Shown: piece after piece, positions 9,615-20,029 of the stretch
Layout: the number at the start of each line of letters is the position of its first letter
Position numbering within the stretch: the first letter of the stretch is position 1
IMG/VR virus record: IMGVR_UViG_3300044765_000092
Coordinates: 30,679-94,678 of that record
DNA: 64,000 bases
DNA from: a virus
Taxonomy: Duplodnaviria > Heunggongvirae > Uroviricota > Caudoviricetes
Strand: one strand, 5' to 3'
Notes under the pieces: generated by a model
What the model was told of the DNA's origin: nothing
Databases searched by the model: none
What the model saw: only the letters and a program-made list of their open reading frames with translations
Position numbers and translations under genes: made by a program

Positions 9615-9877
9615 ACAGTAGCACCACCAAACCAGGACCTAGCTTCTGCTGGCATTGCAATGGCGACTTGTCGCGCAACAGTCAGGGTGGGTGCATCTAC
9701 GCCATAGTCATCGACCGCGACCTCAACGAGCACCGTGTTCATAAGACGTGCGTCGAGGATGCAACAGCAGAACCAGGTGTGACTGAGATCAAAATCCCCA
9801 AGAACATTAGCCAACACACAGTCGAGGAAGCCGCAGACGCCATTACACGTGAGATTTTGCGCTCAGCTGTAAAGTGA
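9611..9877 (+). CDS. small Zn-binding hypothetical protein
   Basis: CWHC...HKTC. Confidence 0.55.
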   Translation: MNSSTTKPGPSFCWHCNGDLSRNSQGGCIYAIVIDRDLNEHRVHKTCVEDATAEPGVTEIKIPKNISQHTVEEAADAITREILRSAVK

Positions 9878-9881
9878 GTCC

Positions 9882-11423
9882 ATGCCGGTCACAAAAGCTA
9901 TTTTGAAGGACGGTCTCTACGTGCCGATCCGATTCGTATCGCCGACGCAACTAGAAAAGGTGCGTCGGCGATATTCGTTTGACTTCTACGACAAAGAACA
10001 GATCTGTGAGAAGTGCGAGTACTTTGAACTCCGTCCTTGCGAGACCTGTGCTAACTGCCCGAACTATCACGGTCGGGTCAATACATGGCGCCGTCACGAG
10101 ACCAAGGAAGGTAAAGAGTTTTTACGCCTCCCATTCGGTGATATTGCGGGCGCTGAACGCATCTTTGGTCGACTGAAGATAGCGGACAAACGCCCCGAAG
10201 TGCCGATGAAGCGGCGCATCAAGTTCACGGGTGGGTTTGACGATGGTCGTGAATTCCAGATCAAGGCCATTCGAGCGATGATCGATCAGCAGTACGGTGG
10301 TGTGCTGAAGTCGGCACCCCGGACTGGCAAGACGGTGATGGCCGCTGCCTACGTGTGCGAGCTCGGCCTCAAGACCGTGATCATGGCTGCTCAGCAGGAA
10401 TGGCTTGATGGGTTCTACGAAACGTTTGCTGGGTCTGAGACGCAAGAAGCGCTGACCAACGTGAGCAAGAAACGAATCGGCTTCCCCAAGACAATGGAGC
10501 AGGTAGACCAGTACGACATTTGCCTGTTCACCTACCAGACGTTCCTGAGTCCAAAGGGCCGCAAGTTTTTCGAGCGCATCAAGAACAAGTTTAGTGTGCT
10601 GATCGTCGACGAGGTGCAGACTGCTGGCGCTGAAGAGCTAGGCCGTATAGTCTCCAACCTGAACGTCAAGTACAAGATCGGCTTGTCGGGCACGCCCGAA
10701 CGCAAGGACTCGAAGGAACGAGTAATCTACAAGCTCTTTGGGCCGATCTTCCATCAGACTAAGGCCAAACGCCTGCAACCGCAGATCCAGTGTCGGTTCA
10801 CGAACATCACCAGCAAGGTCAAGTTGCCGCAAACCTGGCCCTACATCGTTCGCCGCTTTGAAGAAGATCCCGTGCGCCTGAAGCAGATTGCCAAGGAAGC
10901 ACTCAAGGACGTCAAGGCCGGTCACTCGATCTTGATACCGTTCCACCGCACGGCCCCGATCAAGGCGCTGGCTGAGGCCATCAACAAGATGGCCGGTCGT
11001 AGGATTGCCGTGTCGTTTTACGGTGGATCGAAGAAAGCGGACCGTAAGACCTACGTTCAGCAGGCTCGCGAGTACAAGATCAAGGTGGTGGTCGGCCAGT
11101 TCCGTCTGTTGTCCACCGGCCTGAACATTCCACGGGCCTCCATGCTCTACGAGGTGACGTTGAGCAGCAACCCACCAAAGGCTGAACAGCGATTTGCTCG
11201 GGTGCTTACGCCATACGAGGGAAAGCCTCAACCGGTGATCAAGTATTTCCTGGATGATCAGCAGGTCCGTCGGTCGTGTATCAGCGCCGAGTACTGGAAG
11301 GTCATGCATCCGCAGTTCAGGCCAATGTTCGACCCTGCGACCAAGGAACTGTTCTTCAAGTATTTGGGAAAGAAACGCGAGCGGTGGTCAAGTGTAAATG
11401 ACTACACTGGTGGTCGCATATGA
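9882..11423 (+). CDS. superfamily II DNA helicase (UvsW-like)
   Basis: APRTGKT, DEVQ, GLSGTPER, TGLNIP, QRFARVL; N-terminal Cys cluster. Confidence 0.85.
   Translation: MPVTKAILKDGLYVPIRFVSPTQLEKVRRRYSFDFYDKEQICEKCEYFELRPCETCANCPNYHGRVNTWRRHETKEGKEFLRLPFGDIAGAERIFGRLKIADKRPEVPMKRRIKFTGGFDDGREFQIKAIRAMIDQQYGGVLKSAPRTGKTVMAAAYVCELGLKTVIMAAQQEWLDGFYETFAGSETQEALTNVSKKRIGFPKTMEQVDQYDICLFTYQTFLSPKGRKFFERIKNKFSVLIVDEVQTAGAEELGRIVSNLNVKYKIGLSGTPERKDSKERVIYKLFGPIFHQTKAKRLQPQIQCRFTNITSKVKLPQTWPYIVRRFEEDPVRLKQIAKEALKDVKAGHSILIPFHRTAPIKALAEAINKMAGRRIAVSFYGGSKKADRKTYVQQAREYKIKVVVGQFRLLSTGLNIPRASMLYEVTLSSNPPKAEQRFARVLTPYEGKPQPVIKYFLDDQQVRRSCISAEYWKVMHPQFRPMFDPATKELFFKYLGKKRERWSSVNDYTGGRI
11393..11400 (+). 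promoter_or_regulatory. TGTAAATG motif upstream of AAA ATPase
   Basis: Exact motif about 40 nt before ATG 11442. Confidence 0.55.
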
Positions 11424-11441
11424 AGGTAGCGTGAACGAACA

Positions 11442-12737
11442 ATGAGCCAAAAACCTACAACCGATTATACGTGGGAAGAAGACGAACTTGACGAAGCACT
11501 GCATCCAGGACCTGACTGGGACCTAATGGAAGATGCACATAACGAGTCAAGTGCTGACAACGCTCACGAATCACATCGTGCAAGTCGTAGACCATGGAAA
11601 CGCGCTGACGATGGTCAAACACATCTTCAATACGAGATGAATCGACAGCGATCGTACGATGGTCATTCGCGCTATAACGTGCGGGTTGAAACTAACGCTG
11701 AGTACCTATCTGTAGACGCTTACGAAACAACGGACGAACTACGAATGCAAAAACACGAACTGGCCGAAAGTGGCGTGGTCTTTGGTGTCTACGGTGTAGA
11801 CGAATGGGCGACCAACGCGTTCCTGCGTAAACAACTTGAGCTGGGCAAGTCATCGCTATGCGTAGCTGAATCATGGATCGTTCCTTCTACGTTCGATCTG
11901 CAATCTTGGGTGTTTGCCCTATCACCTCAGTTCAACTTTACGAGCCCTCGCCGTGCGCTGGTGTTTGTGCCGTGGGGTCTATTGGAGGTCACGCTGATCC
12001 GCACCAAGCTGGTGATCGAGCTCAACGGTGAGCCTGAACCTGTTCTTGCGTTCCGTGACAAGATGGATGCTCAGTTCGAGCGGGCACGCAACATGATCCA
12101 ATGGATCTACGACCGTGATGGTAGCTCGGTGTCGGTGCCGCTCAACTACCGACCGGCAATCAAGTCTGCGTACCCGTGGCTGTCAAAGCCGTTGGACGAG
12201 TATATCAATGACTACCTGAACAACGACGCTAGTGTTCTGATTCTCATTGGTCCGCCGGGCACGGGCAAGACCACGTTCATCAAGAACGTGATCTACCAGT
12301 CTAAGGGTGACGCACGCATCACCTACGATACAGCGGTGATGGAATCGGATGGTCTTTTCGCCAAGTTTGTGCAGGACAAGGCACAGTTCTTGATTCTGGA
12401 AGATTCTGACAACTTCCTGATCGCACGCGAGGACGGCAATTCGATGATGCACAAGTTCCTCAACGTGTCGGACGGCCTGATCAGCACCCGTGACAAGAAA
12501 CTCATCTTCTCAACGAATCTGCCGTCCGTACGGTCCATTGATTCGGCGCTCATGCGTCCCGGGCGGTGCTTCGACGTAGTGGAATTCAGGTCGTTGACTC
12601 GGAACGAGGCACAAGCCGTGTACGACGAAACTGGCAACAAGGCGGAACTGCCTGACGGTAACGACTTCACGCTGGCCGAGTTGTTCGGTCACACAGCATC
12701 GGGTTCGGTGCCGAATCGCAAGGCAGGCTTTTACTAA
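11442..12737 (+). CDS. AAA+ ATPase
   Basis: GPPGTGKT, ILEDSD, FSTN, IDSALMRPGRCFD. Confidence 0.85.
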   Translation: MSQKPTTDYTWEEDELDEALHPGPDWDLMEDAHNESSADNAHESHRASRRPWKRADDGQTHLQYEMNRQRSYDGHSRYNVRVETNAEYLSVDAYETTDELRMQKHELAESGVVFGVYGVDEWATNAFLRKQLELGKSSLCVAESWIVPSTFDLQSWVFALSPQFNFTSPRRALVFVPWGLLEVTLIRTKLVIELNGEPEPVLAFRDKMDAQFERARNMIQWIYDRDGSSVSVPLNYRPAIKSAYPWLSKPLDEYINDYLNNDASVLILIGPPGTGKTTFIKNVIYQSKGDARITYDTAVMESDGLFAKFVQDKAQFLILEDSDNFLIAREDGNSMMHKFLNVSDGLISTRDKKLIFSTNLPSVRSIDSALMRPGRCFDVVEFRSLTRNEAQAVYDETGNKAELPDGNDFTLAELFGHTASGSVPNRKAGFY

Positions 12738-12760
12738 GTGTGATACACACGCGCGCACAC

Positions 12761-12985
12761 ATGGCAACAGTAACGTTCATGAACGATCACAACGCAGTCG
12801 TGGCCGAGTCCAACATGGAGTTCTTGCCGCGAGTGGGTGACAACATCCAACTCGTCAATCTGGCGACAAAGCGGGCCATTACATACCGAGTGACAAGTAT
12901 CACACACTCGATGGCTCCTCTCGTCGAAGGGGCTACGGCCCACGCATCGACAGCTACACTGGTCGGAGTGTCTTATGTCAGCTAA
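12761..12985 (+). CDS. hypothetical protein
   Basis: LPRVGDNI motif; in-operon. Confidence 0.55.
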   Translation: MATVTFMNDHNAVVAESNMEFLPRVGDNIQLVNLATKRAITYRVTSITHSMAPLVEGATAHASTATLVGVSYVS

Positions 12986-13241
12986 TCAAACAAATGACCT
13001 ACAGGAGTGGACGCCACCAAACGTAGGCAGCATGTGGAAACACGAGAACGGTGTGATCTACACTGTGCTCGACGTACTTAACCTCGACGCAGCACCCGAA
13101 CGCCGGGCCGAGTTCCCGGTTATCATTGCGTACCGCGGACCGGATGGTAAGAGATGGGCATGCACGATTCACAAGTGGAAAGACAGCTACGATCGCAAAC
13201 GCCTTGTGCAGATCCTAGGTCCTGTTGACCATGCAACGTGA
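12975..13241 (+). CDS. DUF1653-like small protein
   Basis: GSMWKHENGVIYTV...IAYRGPDGKRW. Confidence 0.5.
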   Translation: MSANQTNDLQEWTPPNVGSMWKHENGVIYTVLDVLNLDAAPERRAEFPVIIAYRGPDGKRWACTIHKWKDSYDRKRLVQILGPVDHAT

Positions 13242-13824
13242 TTACCGTCTGATCAAGCTCGAACCCACGGCTGTTCCGGCGCTGCGTGTACGCGGCATGA
13301 ACGGATCAGTCCTGGGCCAGCAGCCATATAGGCTAAAGCCCACGACGTTTACCAGCCAAATCGAGGGACTCAAGCCTAAGCTCTTCAGTCAAGCTCAGCA
13401 ACTGCTGTCCCTGGACCAGTTCTTCGACAACCCGTTCGTGGCCCAGAACATCTGCTTGGTGAGTGCTCCAAACGATGGTCAAGCTAAATTGCTTGCTGCC
13501 TACATGATGCAGTATGCGCTGTGCAACACACCTAGCGGCAAGGCCCTTCCGTTGTGGCACGATCTGACCGGAGGGTTCGACAACCCGGTGTTGAAGAACA
13601 GTGTGAGCTGCAGTCTGCTTGTTCTCAACAACGTTGGAGCTGATAGCACGGCACCAAAGATCGAGAAGCTGCGTGATCTGCTGGAGACCTACTCCGACGT
13701 TCCGCGTGTGGTAGTAGCAACTGGAACTGATCCGTTTGCGTTCTTCACCAAGCACCTGTATCTCTCAGTCCACACGGTTGTCTACCTGACTACCGATCTT
13801 GTACGAAAGTCTGTTGACCTATGA
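13231..13824 (+). CDS. DnaC/IstB-like helicase loader with degenerate ATPase motifs
   Basis: LLVLNNVG at the Walker B position, KLRDLL..., PRVVVAT; Walker A degenerate. Confidence 0.5.
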   Translation: MQRDYRLIKLEPTAVPALRVRGMNGSVLGQQPYRLKPTTFTSQIEGLKPKLFSQAQQLLSLDQFFDNPFVAQNICLVSAPNDGQAKLLAAYMMQYALCNTPSGKALPLWHDLTGGFDNPVLKNSVSCSLLVLNNVGADSTAPKIEKLRDLLETYSDVPRVVVATGTDPFAFFTKHLYLSVHTVVYLTTDLVRKSVDL

Positions 13825-14075
13825 CTGCTATCACCATCAACGGAAAGCTGCGACACGTTGGGTCCGACGTGTCGTACACTGAGATCACAAAACTGGCGTA
13901 CATCATCGACATCCCTAGACTGGTTGTTGCCTATCGTCATCCGACAGAAAGTACGACCCGCGATTTGACTCGCGCAGACGGTCGAGTCAAAGTGCAAAAC
14001 GGTACCACGTTCTTTGTCAAGCAGGCCGAAGAGGCTACTGCTACTGTTCAACCCAAGGAGAATACCAATGTTTGA
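13821..14075 (+). CDS. hypothetical (ubiquitin-like fold?) protein
   Basis: ITINGK...VSYTEITKLA...VKVQNGTTFFV. Confidence 0.5.
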   Translation: MTAITINGKLRHVGSDVSYTEITKLAYIIDIPRLVVAYRHPTESTTRDLTRADGRVKVQNGTTFFVKQAEEATATVQPKENTNV

Positions 14076-14637
14076 ACTCCCATTGTTCCTGGACATCGTG
14101 CTCTTCGCATGGTTCATGTCCTTTGCGGTCCTGGCTACACTGCTGGAGTTTGAGCCTGATTCGAGTCTAGGCGGTCAGCTAACCTCGCTGATCATAGGAG
14201 GCTTCCTCTACTGGTTGATCGGTACGCTTGGATACCCTCACGATTGGAAGACTCCGTTCCTGGTCATCCAGTCACAGGCTACATGGACGAATGCCGCGGC
14301 TTACGTCGTGGTGGGCGTGTTGTTTGCCTACTTTGAATGGGCGTGCTTCTGCCGAGCGGGCTATCGGTGGGCGCAAGAAGAACTCAAAAGCATTCGGAAC
14401 GCCAGCTATTTCTATTACAAAGATACTCTGAAGTTCCCGCGCGACAATCAGCCTACAGTAGCGAATTACGGTTCGGCATGTTCGATGTTCACAGCTTGGA
14501 TCGTGTTCTGGCCGTTCTACATCCCAGGGCTGGTCATCGGTGACTTGTTTGGTGCCGTGTGGCGTGCCGTAAAAGTGCCGATGAAAGCCAGCCTACAAGC
14601 AGTCCTCAGTCTAGCTATCAAGGTTCCGCATGAGTGA
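14068..14637 (+). CDS. multi-pass membrane protein
   Basis: AAGGAG RBS; four hydrophobic segments; WIVFWPF. Confidence 0.7.
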   Translation: MFELPLFLDIVLFAWFMSFAVLATLLEFEPDSSLGGQLTSLIIGGFLYWLIGTLGYPHDWKTPFLVIQSQATWTNAAAYVVVGVLFAYFEWACFCRAGYRWAQEELKSIRNASYFYYKDTLKFPRDNQPTVANYGSACSMFTAWIVFWPFYIPGLVIGDLFGAVWRAVKVPMKASLQAVLSLAIKVPHE

Positions 14638-15016
14638 TAATCTGTCTCAAACCTTTGGCCTGTATTTGCTGATCAAAGCCCGGCTCAAGGACGACGACTC
14701 TGACAAGACAGCGCCTATCGGCACCGTAGCCTATGGGATTGGCGACCTGGAAGACAGCGTGTGGCTTGAATGTGATGGGTCACTGGTGCGCAAAGCTGAG
14801 TTCCCTGAGCTCTATTCGGTGCTTGGCGATCAGTACAGCCCTCCAAAGGTCATTCAGTCCAGTATCTCGATCGGATGGGTGGACACGGTCGTTCACTCCT
14901 GGTTGGGTATCCAACGCAAGTCCGTCCCAAACCCGGCCTACAACCCGGATTACTTTGGGCTGCCAAACACGCCGACGGATCCGTCCAAACTGGTCAAGAC
15001 CAAGGTAGGACCATGA
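14630..15016 (+). CDS. stand-alone phage tail collar domain protein
   Basis: PIGTV...WLECDGSLVRKAEFPELYSVLG...FGLPN. Confidence 0.7.
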   Translation: MSDNLSQTFGLYLLIKARLKDDDSDKTAPIGTVAYGIGDLEDSVWLECDGSLVRKAEFPELYSVLGDQYSPPKVIQSSISIGWVDTVVHSWLGIQRKSVPNPAYNPDYFGLPNTPTDPSKLVKTKVGP

Positions 15017-15360
15017 CCACCGACACGTTGCGCAAGCACGTAATCGAGGAATGCGCAGCTCACTTGGAGACAGTAGCTCGTCAGTTTATTGAGCTCGCCA
15101 AGGAACTGCGTGACAACGATTACTTAGGCGCAATGTCTATGTCAGACATCTTCGGTATGGCTGCACGTGAGGTCCGTTTGTTGGACCCGGACAACAAAGA
15201 AACTGAAGAACGAAACCGCCAACGTGTAAAGGAATGGCAGCAGGCTATTCAGCGTCAGACCGACGAGATCGAGCGACGTGATCTCGAAGAACCGGATGTT
15301 GATGAACAGCCAGCCGTAGGCTTTCCAGACATTGAACCACTTGGCCCTCAGAAACACTGA
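15013..15360 (+). CDS. hypothetical protein
   Basis: AGGA RBS, ATGA overlap. Confidence 0.55.
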   Translation: MTTDTLRKHVIEECAAHLETVARQFIELAKELRDNDYLGAMSMSDIFGMAAREVRLLDPDNKETEERNRQRVKEWQQAIQRQTDEIERRDLEEPDVDEQPAVGFPDIEPLGPQKH

Positions 15361-16754
15361 TGAAACTCGTATCTTCCGAGTCAGAAGTCACCGCCCTAGC
15401 CGCTCTCTGTAGTCGCAACGTTGTCGTCGCCGGTACAGTCCTGGCCGGCGTCGACGATTCCTATTTCTACAACAGCTGGACAAGGGAGACATTCAAACGC
15501 ATTGAGCAGATCAACAAGCGGACTGGCAATCTACCACGTTGGCGCGAGCTGCTAGAAGACCCAAAGATAAAGGACACGACGAGGCAGAAACTTCGCAAGA
15601 GCGAAGTGTCGCCCGTCAAGTCTGTACCTGAAGCGCGTCGCCTTCTGGGCGGACTCAACAAGTACCGGCAACTCCGTGGTATGTTTGAGATGGCTGAGAC
15701 TACGGTCAGCAAGCTCAATCAATCGGCGGTTGATCCGGACGAAATGCTGGACGAGATTGCCAAGACGGTTGTGGCGCTTCGGCGGAACAAGTCTGAGTCC
15801 AGCGAGGTCATCACCTTCGGCAAGGGAAACAATAGCACAGAGATTGTCAAGCGCCTCTTGGACCCGGAGCAGGCTAACTACTTGCCGACCGGGTTTAGTG
15901 CTTTTGACGACGAGAACTGTGGTATAGGATTTGGCAATCTCTTCACCATCGGGGGTACATCTGGTGGTGGCAAGTCGACCGTGGCAATGCAGTTGGCAGT
16001 CAACTGGATGAACATGGGCGAGGACGTGACAATGGTCCCTCTGGAAATGTCAGAGGACGAAATGACCGCACGTCTGATGGCCAATGCCGCTGGACTTGAT
16101 GTTCGTAAGATCCTGTTCCGACGACTGTCTAAGGGCGAACGAGTCAAGTACATCAAGGCGTACAAGAAGTTTGTTCGTCGGGCAAAAACAGCCGGCGGTT
16201 CGTTCCGTCTGTTCAAGCCCAAGCAAGACATGACGATCGAGGAAATCATGGCCTCGATCTACCCGTTTGGCAGCCGAGTCGTAATCATCGACTACATTTC
16301 GCTGCTCAAGGGCGTCGACGGTGATGATGCATGGCAGAAGCTAGGGGCCGTGGCCCGTTACTGCAAGGTCTTTGCCGAGAACAACAACATGATCGTCGTG
16401 TTGCTGTGTCAGGTCAACGAAGAAGGTAAGATCCGATACGCTCAGGCCATCAAAGAACATAGCTCCTACTGCTGGGTGTTTGTTGCCAATCAGGCCACTC
16501 GGGAAAACGAGATCCTGAACGTCGAGCAGCTCAAGGCACGTAACGGGCGATTCTTTGACTTTACGCTCAAGACCGAAATGGCGTTCATGCGTGTGCGTGA
16601 CATGGATACTGGTGAGCGTGAGAAATTGCAGTCGAAGATGAATACCAGCAAGAAGGGTAAGTCTTCAGGAGTTCCGTCCGACAAGAGCAAGTCGGAAACT
16701 GCTGCGGCTAATCCAACACCGTCCTATCTAAAGGACTTGGCTGAAGAGGTGTAG
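15360..16754 (+). CDS. dnaB: replicative DNA helicase, DnaB-like
   Basis: LPTGF..FD, GGTSGGGKS, LEMS, IIDYISLL, LCQ, KARNG. Confidence 0.9.
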   Translation: MKLVSSESEVTALAALCSRNVVVAGTVLAGVDDSYFYNSWTRETFKRIEQINKRTGNLPRWRELLEDPKIKDTTRQKLRKSEVSPVKSVPEARRLLGGLNKYRQLRGMFEMAETTVSKLNQSAVDPDEMLDEIAKTVVALRRNKSESSEVITFGKGNNSTEIVKRLLDPEQANYLPTGFSAFDDENCGIGFGNLFTIGGTSGGGKSTVAMQLAVNWMNMGEDVTMVPLEMSEDEMTARLMANAAGLDVRKILFRRLSKGERVKYIKAYKKFVRRAKTAGGSFRLFKPKQDMTIEEIMASIYPFGSRVVIIDYISLLKGVDGDDAWQKLGAVARYCKVFAENNNMIVVLLCQVNEEGKIRYAQAIKEHSSYCWVFVANQATRENEILNVEQLKARNGRFFDFTLKTEMAFMRVRDMDTGEREKLQSKMNTSKKGKSSGVPSDKSKSETAAANPTPSYLKDLAEEV

Positions 16755-16758
16755 TGAC

Positions 16759-17064
16759 ATGGGTATCAATCAAGGTGGGTGTAACCGGCAGTTCAGTCTG
16801 CCAGTAATACGTTCGAGTCTGCTGGCGAAGCTGGAATCGACACTGACGCCATTGCCACAATCGGCCAAGAAAAGTAAGGTTGGGCCTAAGAGAACAGACC
16901 CAGAGTCAAAACGCGGAAAGCTGATCGCTCGAGTACGTGGTGACAAGGATCTGCGAAATATGCGCACCTGCGACATCATTCAAAAGTACTCTCGCCAGCT
17001 TTCGCACAACCAGGTAATCAGCATTGTGAACGGAACAACTGCTGGTCACATCGACCCTGTATGA
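16759..17064 (+). CDS. hypothetical basic protein, possible HTH
   Basis: GAGG RBS; overlap with next gene. Confidence 0.5.
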   Translation: MGINQGGCNRQFSLPVIRSSLLAKLESTLTPLPQSAKKSKVGPKRTDPESKRGKLIARVRGDKDLRNMRTCDIIQKYSRQLSHNQVISIVNGTTAGHIDPV

Positions 17065-17726
17065 AATCACGTACAGACAACGAGTCTCGTCGATCAGCGG
17101 TCTCGGTGCCTAGACACGGTCCTGGGCGCCTGCCTGAAGAAAAGTGGATGTCGGTCACGGCTGAAGACGTTGGGTCCGGGTTCAAAGCTGCGACGTTTGA
17201 CGACCCTTCGGCTGTTGCACGACGAAAGAACACGCGGATTATCCTTGACCCCTTGCAGAAACTGCAACTGGTCAAGGTGCGTGAACAGCCGGGTCCACGG
17301 GACTCGCAGTTCCTGCACGGTGACTCGCGTTTCTTCTGCACGCTGTTCAAGAAACGCAAGCCCCAACAAAAACCAAAGCCCGATCAGCCTCCGGCTAAGA
17401 AACCGTTTGGGTCAGAGAAACCAAATCCGGTTCAGACGCAGAAGTTCAGACAGTCGCTGCGCAACAACATCCACCAAGTATCGAACTTCTTTCTTGACGA
17501 ACTCAGCCCAAAGACATTGGCGCTTGCCACATCGTTGGATCGCGTTCGCAACATAACCAGCCAGTGGATCGACGACCCGATCGATCTACCTACTCAGTTT
17601 ATTCATTCGCGGGCTATGCGTGCCGTCGAAATCCGTCTCGTTCGTTATCTGTGTCAGTATTTTGATCTTACGAAAGAAGAGTGTGCTCTCATGCTCTCTG
17701 AGTTTGATCGAAAGCTGAACTTATGA
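17061..17726 (+). CDS. hypothetical protein upstream of terL
   Basis: ATGA overlaps at both ends. Confidence 0.6.
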   Translation: MKSRTDNESRRSAVSVPRHGPGRLPEEKWMSVTAEDVGSGFKAATFDDPSAVARRKNTRIILDPLQKLQLVKVREQPGPRDSQFLHGDSRFFCTLFKKRKPQQKPKPDQPPAKKPFGSEKPNPVQTQKFRQSLRNNIHQVSNFFLDELSPKTLALATSLDRVRNITSQWIDDPIDLPTQFIHSRAMRAVEIRLVRYLCQYFDLTKEECALMLSEFDRKLNL

Positions 17727-19975
17727 CAAACGGTTTTGACGAACGCACACGAGCTTACGTCGAAGAACTTTTCGGTGTTGCTGACCGGCAGGCAGCAACT
17801 GGATCCATCGAAGACCTACCAGACGACTACAGTCCGGTAGGTCTTATTGCCTCCGAGTCAGACTTTGACTTGTCGAAGCTGGTGGACAACGCGCTGGACC
17901 CCGTGACGGGCGCTCCACGCGACATCAAAATCCCCGAGAACGATTTTCCTGAGGCGAAGAACTACTTTGACTTCTGCCTCAATTTTCAAGGACCAGATTT
18001 CCGTTTCCCGTTCATCCGGCAAATGTGGATCATGCTCATGCTATTCGGCGAAGTGTGTCCGCGTTGCACGCCCACAAAGTGGATGAACATTCACAATGTG
18101 CCAGTCGGTAAGGCTGAAGGGATCAACCAAGGTATCTCGGTCGGCAACAAGATGCAGTTGCTGGACTACGGAACATGTCCACGCTGCAAGGTCACAAAGC
18201 GTGAACTGTTCGCCAATCGTGAGCTCAAGCAGTACCGTGAACTCGCGTTGTGCGTCGGCCAACGGGGTGGTAAGTCTACGACTGTTGCGTCCGGTGCGCA
18301 GTACATGCTGCACAAGTACCTCAAGTATCCGAGGATGAGCAGTCTATGTGTCGGTATTCAGGCCAGCACTCCGCTGATGGCCACATTCGTTGGCTACCGC
18401 TTCGCCGACGCGTTCAACCTGCTTTGGGATCCGATTATCAAGAACATCGATCAGAGTCCGTGGTTCACTGACTACCACGCAATGCTCGATTTCTACGGTA
18501 AGAAGCACGGCATTGAGTTCTACCGTAAGAAGGACGTGTATCTGCGGTATGGTCATAAGAACCTGGAACTCTACCCAGCAGGCCCGTCGAAGCGAGCACT
18601 GCGCGGTCGTACGCGATGGCTTACCGCGATCGACGAACTCGGCTGGTTCCCAGTCAACGAAGGGGCGGTCAAGAAGGGCATGACACCAGAAGACAGTGAA
18701 CGCGAGCGTGCTGATGCTGACGAAGTGTGGAAAGCCCTTGACCGTTCGTTGCTGACGATGCGTGGTGAAGTGTCGAAGCTCTACGACAAGGGGTATAACA
18801 ACTTCCTGCAGGCGTATGCTTTGAACATCAGTTCGCCGTCTAGTCAATTCGACAAGATCACACGCTTGGTCAACGAAAACGAGAACAGCCGACGGACATT
18901 GGCGCTTCGTCTTGCTACGTGGCAGATCACGCCTATGTTCCCACGCGATCACGAAGAAATCGTGGACGCGTATGAGAAGGACGCTGTAGGCGCTGAGCGT
19001 GACTACGGTGCTAATCCTCCGCAGAACGATGCTGCATTCATCGACATCCAGGTGGCTGAACGTTGCTTTACTGGTCTCAATCGGGCGTCCGTCCAATTCG
19101 AGACAAAGATTGTCAAAGACAACATGCGTCGAGCTGGCTATGTCAATGCCACGAATCCAGCTCAACCGTGTCCACCGTGCGTGATGAGCATCGATGCGGG
19201 CTTGTCGAACAATAGCTTTGCCATAACGGTTCTTCATTTGGACCAACTACGAAAGAAACAGTTGGACGGCGAGCATGTGACTACACGGGTCAAAGTCCCC
19301 GTCATGCTCGAGATTCAGCCTCGACCCGGTGCGAAGCTCCATTACACGCGAATCTACGAAGCGGTGCTCAGTCCGTTGATCAAAGCGTTCAACGTGCAGT
19401 ATCTGTTTGCAGATCGTTGGAACTCGGTTGCTCTATTGGATCGCGCGGCTGACGAACATCCGCAACTTCAGAGTCAGCAGTACAGTGTTCGATACGAAGA
19501 TTTTGTGCTCACGCGCTCGTACATCGAAGAGTCCCGAATCGAGTTTCCGAAACTGGAAATGCCGACCGACAAGATCAAACGAGTTGAGGGAAAGTACCCC
19601 GACTACTTCGAAGACAGCCCGGCTGCGCACTTGTTGTTCCAACTGATGACTGTGCGAGACAAGGGCAAGACTGTCCTCAAAGGCCCCGGCTATACTGACG
19701 ACATATTTCGTGCACTGGTATTGGGACTCGGTCGACTGATGTACCCAAAGATCTACGACGATATGGTGGAAAAGGCTGCACGAATGACTCGGGGCTACAC
19801 CCTCGGTGCATTCTCTGCCGGCAGATCTGGGTTAGGTGCAGTCTACAGTTCACAACAAGCAAGCGGAGTTGCGGTCGTCAACGGGTACAGTTCGGGGCCA
19901 ATGAGGACGAATACTGGAGCTACAAACGGACAAGGGAACAGTGTTGTAGTCATCGGTACGCGCGGACCTTGTTGA
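17723..19975 (+). CDS. terL: terminase large subunit
   Basis: GQRGGKS (Walker A), LRGR, IDELG (Walker B), ISSP, RDYGA, SIDAG nuclease motif, DRWNS, TDDIF. Confidence 0.85.
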   Translation: MTNGFDERTRAYVEELFGVADRQAATGSIEDLPDDYSPVGLIASESDFDLSKLVDNALDPVTGAPRDIKIPENDFPEAKNYFDFCLNFQGPDFRFPFIRQMWIMLMLFGEVCPRCTPTKWMNIHNVPVGKAEGINQGISVGNKMQLLDYGTCPRCKVTKRELFANRELKQYRELALCVGQRGGKSTTVASGAQYMLHKYLKYPRMSSLCVGIQASTPLMATFVGYRFADAFNLLWDPIIKNIDQSPWFTDYHAMLDFYGKKHGIEFYRKKDVYLRYGHKNLELYPAGPSKRALRGRTRWLTAIDELGWFPVNEGAVKKGMTPEDSERERADADEVWKALDRSLLTMRGEVSKLYDKGYNNFLQAYALNISSPSSQFDKITRLVNENENSRRTLALRLATWQITPMFPRDHEEIVDAYEKDAVGAERDYGANPPQNDAAFIDIQVAERCFTGLNRASVQFETKIVKDNMRRAGYVNATNPAQPCPPCVMSIDAGLSNNSFAITVLHLDQLRKKQLDGEHVTTRVKVPVMLEIQPRPGAKLHYTRIYEAVLSPLIKAFNVQYLFADRWNSVALLDRAADEHPQLQSQQYSVRYEDFVLTRSYIEESRIEFPKLEMPTDKIKRVEGKYPDYFEDSPAAHLLFQLMTVRDKGKTVLKGPGYTDDIFRALVLGLGRLMYPKIYDDMVEKAARMTRGYTLGAFSAGRSGLGAVYSSQQASGVAVVNGYSSGPMRTNTGATNGQGNSVVVIGTRGPC

Positions 19976-19985
19976 GATCAGCAAG

Positions 19986-19993
19986 TAATTTGA
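19986..19993 (+). promoter_or_regulatory. TAATTTGA late-promoter-like motif upstream of portal operon
   Basis: Recurs at 28883, 32984(-) and as TAATTTAA at 62985(-). Confidence 0.5.
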
Positions 19994-20029
19994 TGGTGTG
20001 TAAGAGATTCCTAGTGGAGAAGTCTAATC

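Noticed and set aside
18344-19246. Long antisense ORFs (also 1193-2092, 20748-21545, 49487-50290)
   Set aside because: They lie opposite well-supported genes, have no motifs and are expected from codon bias.
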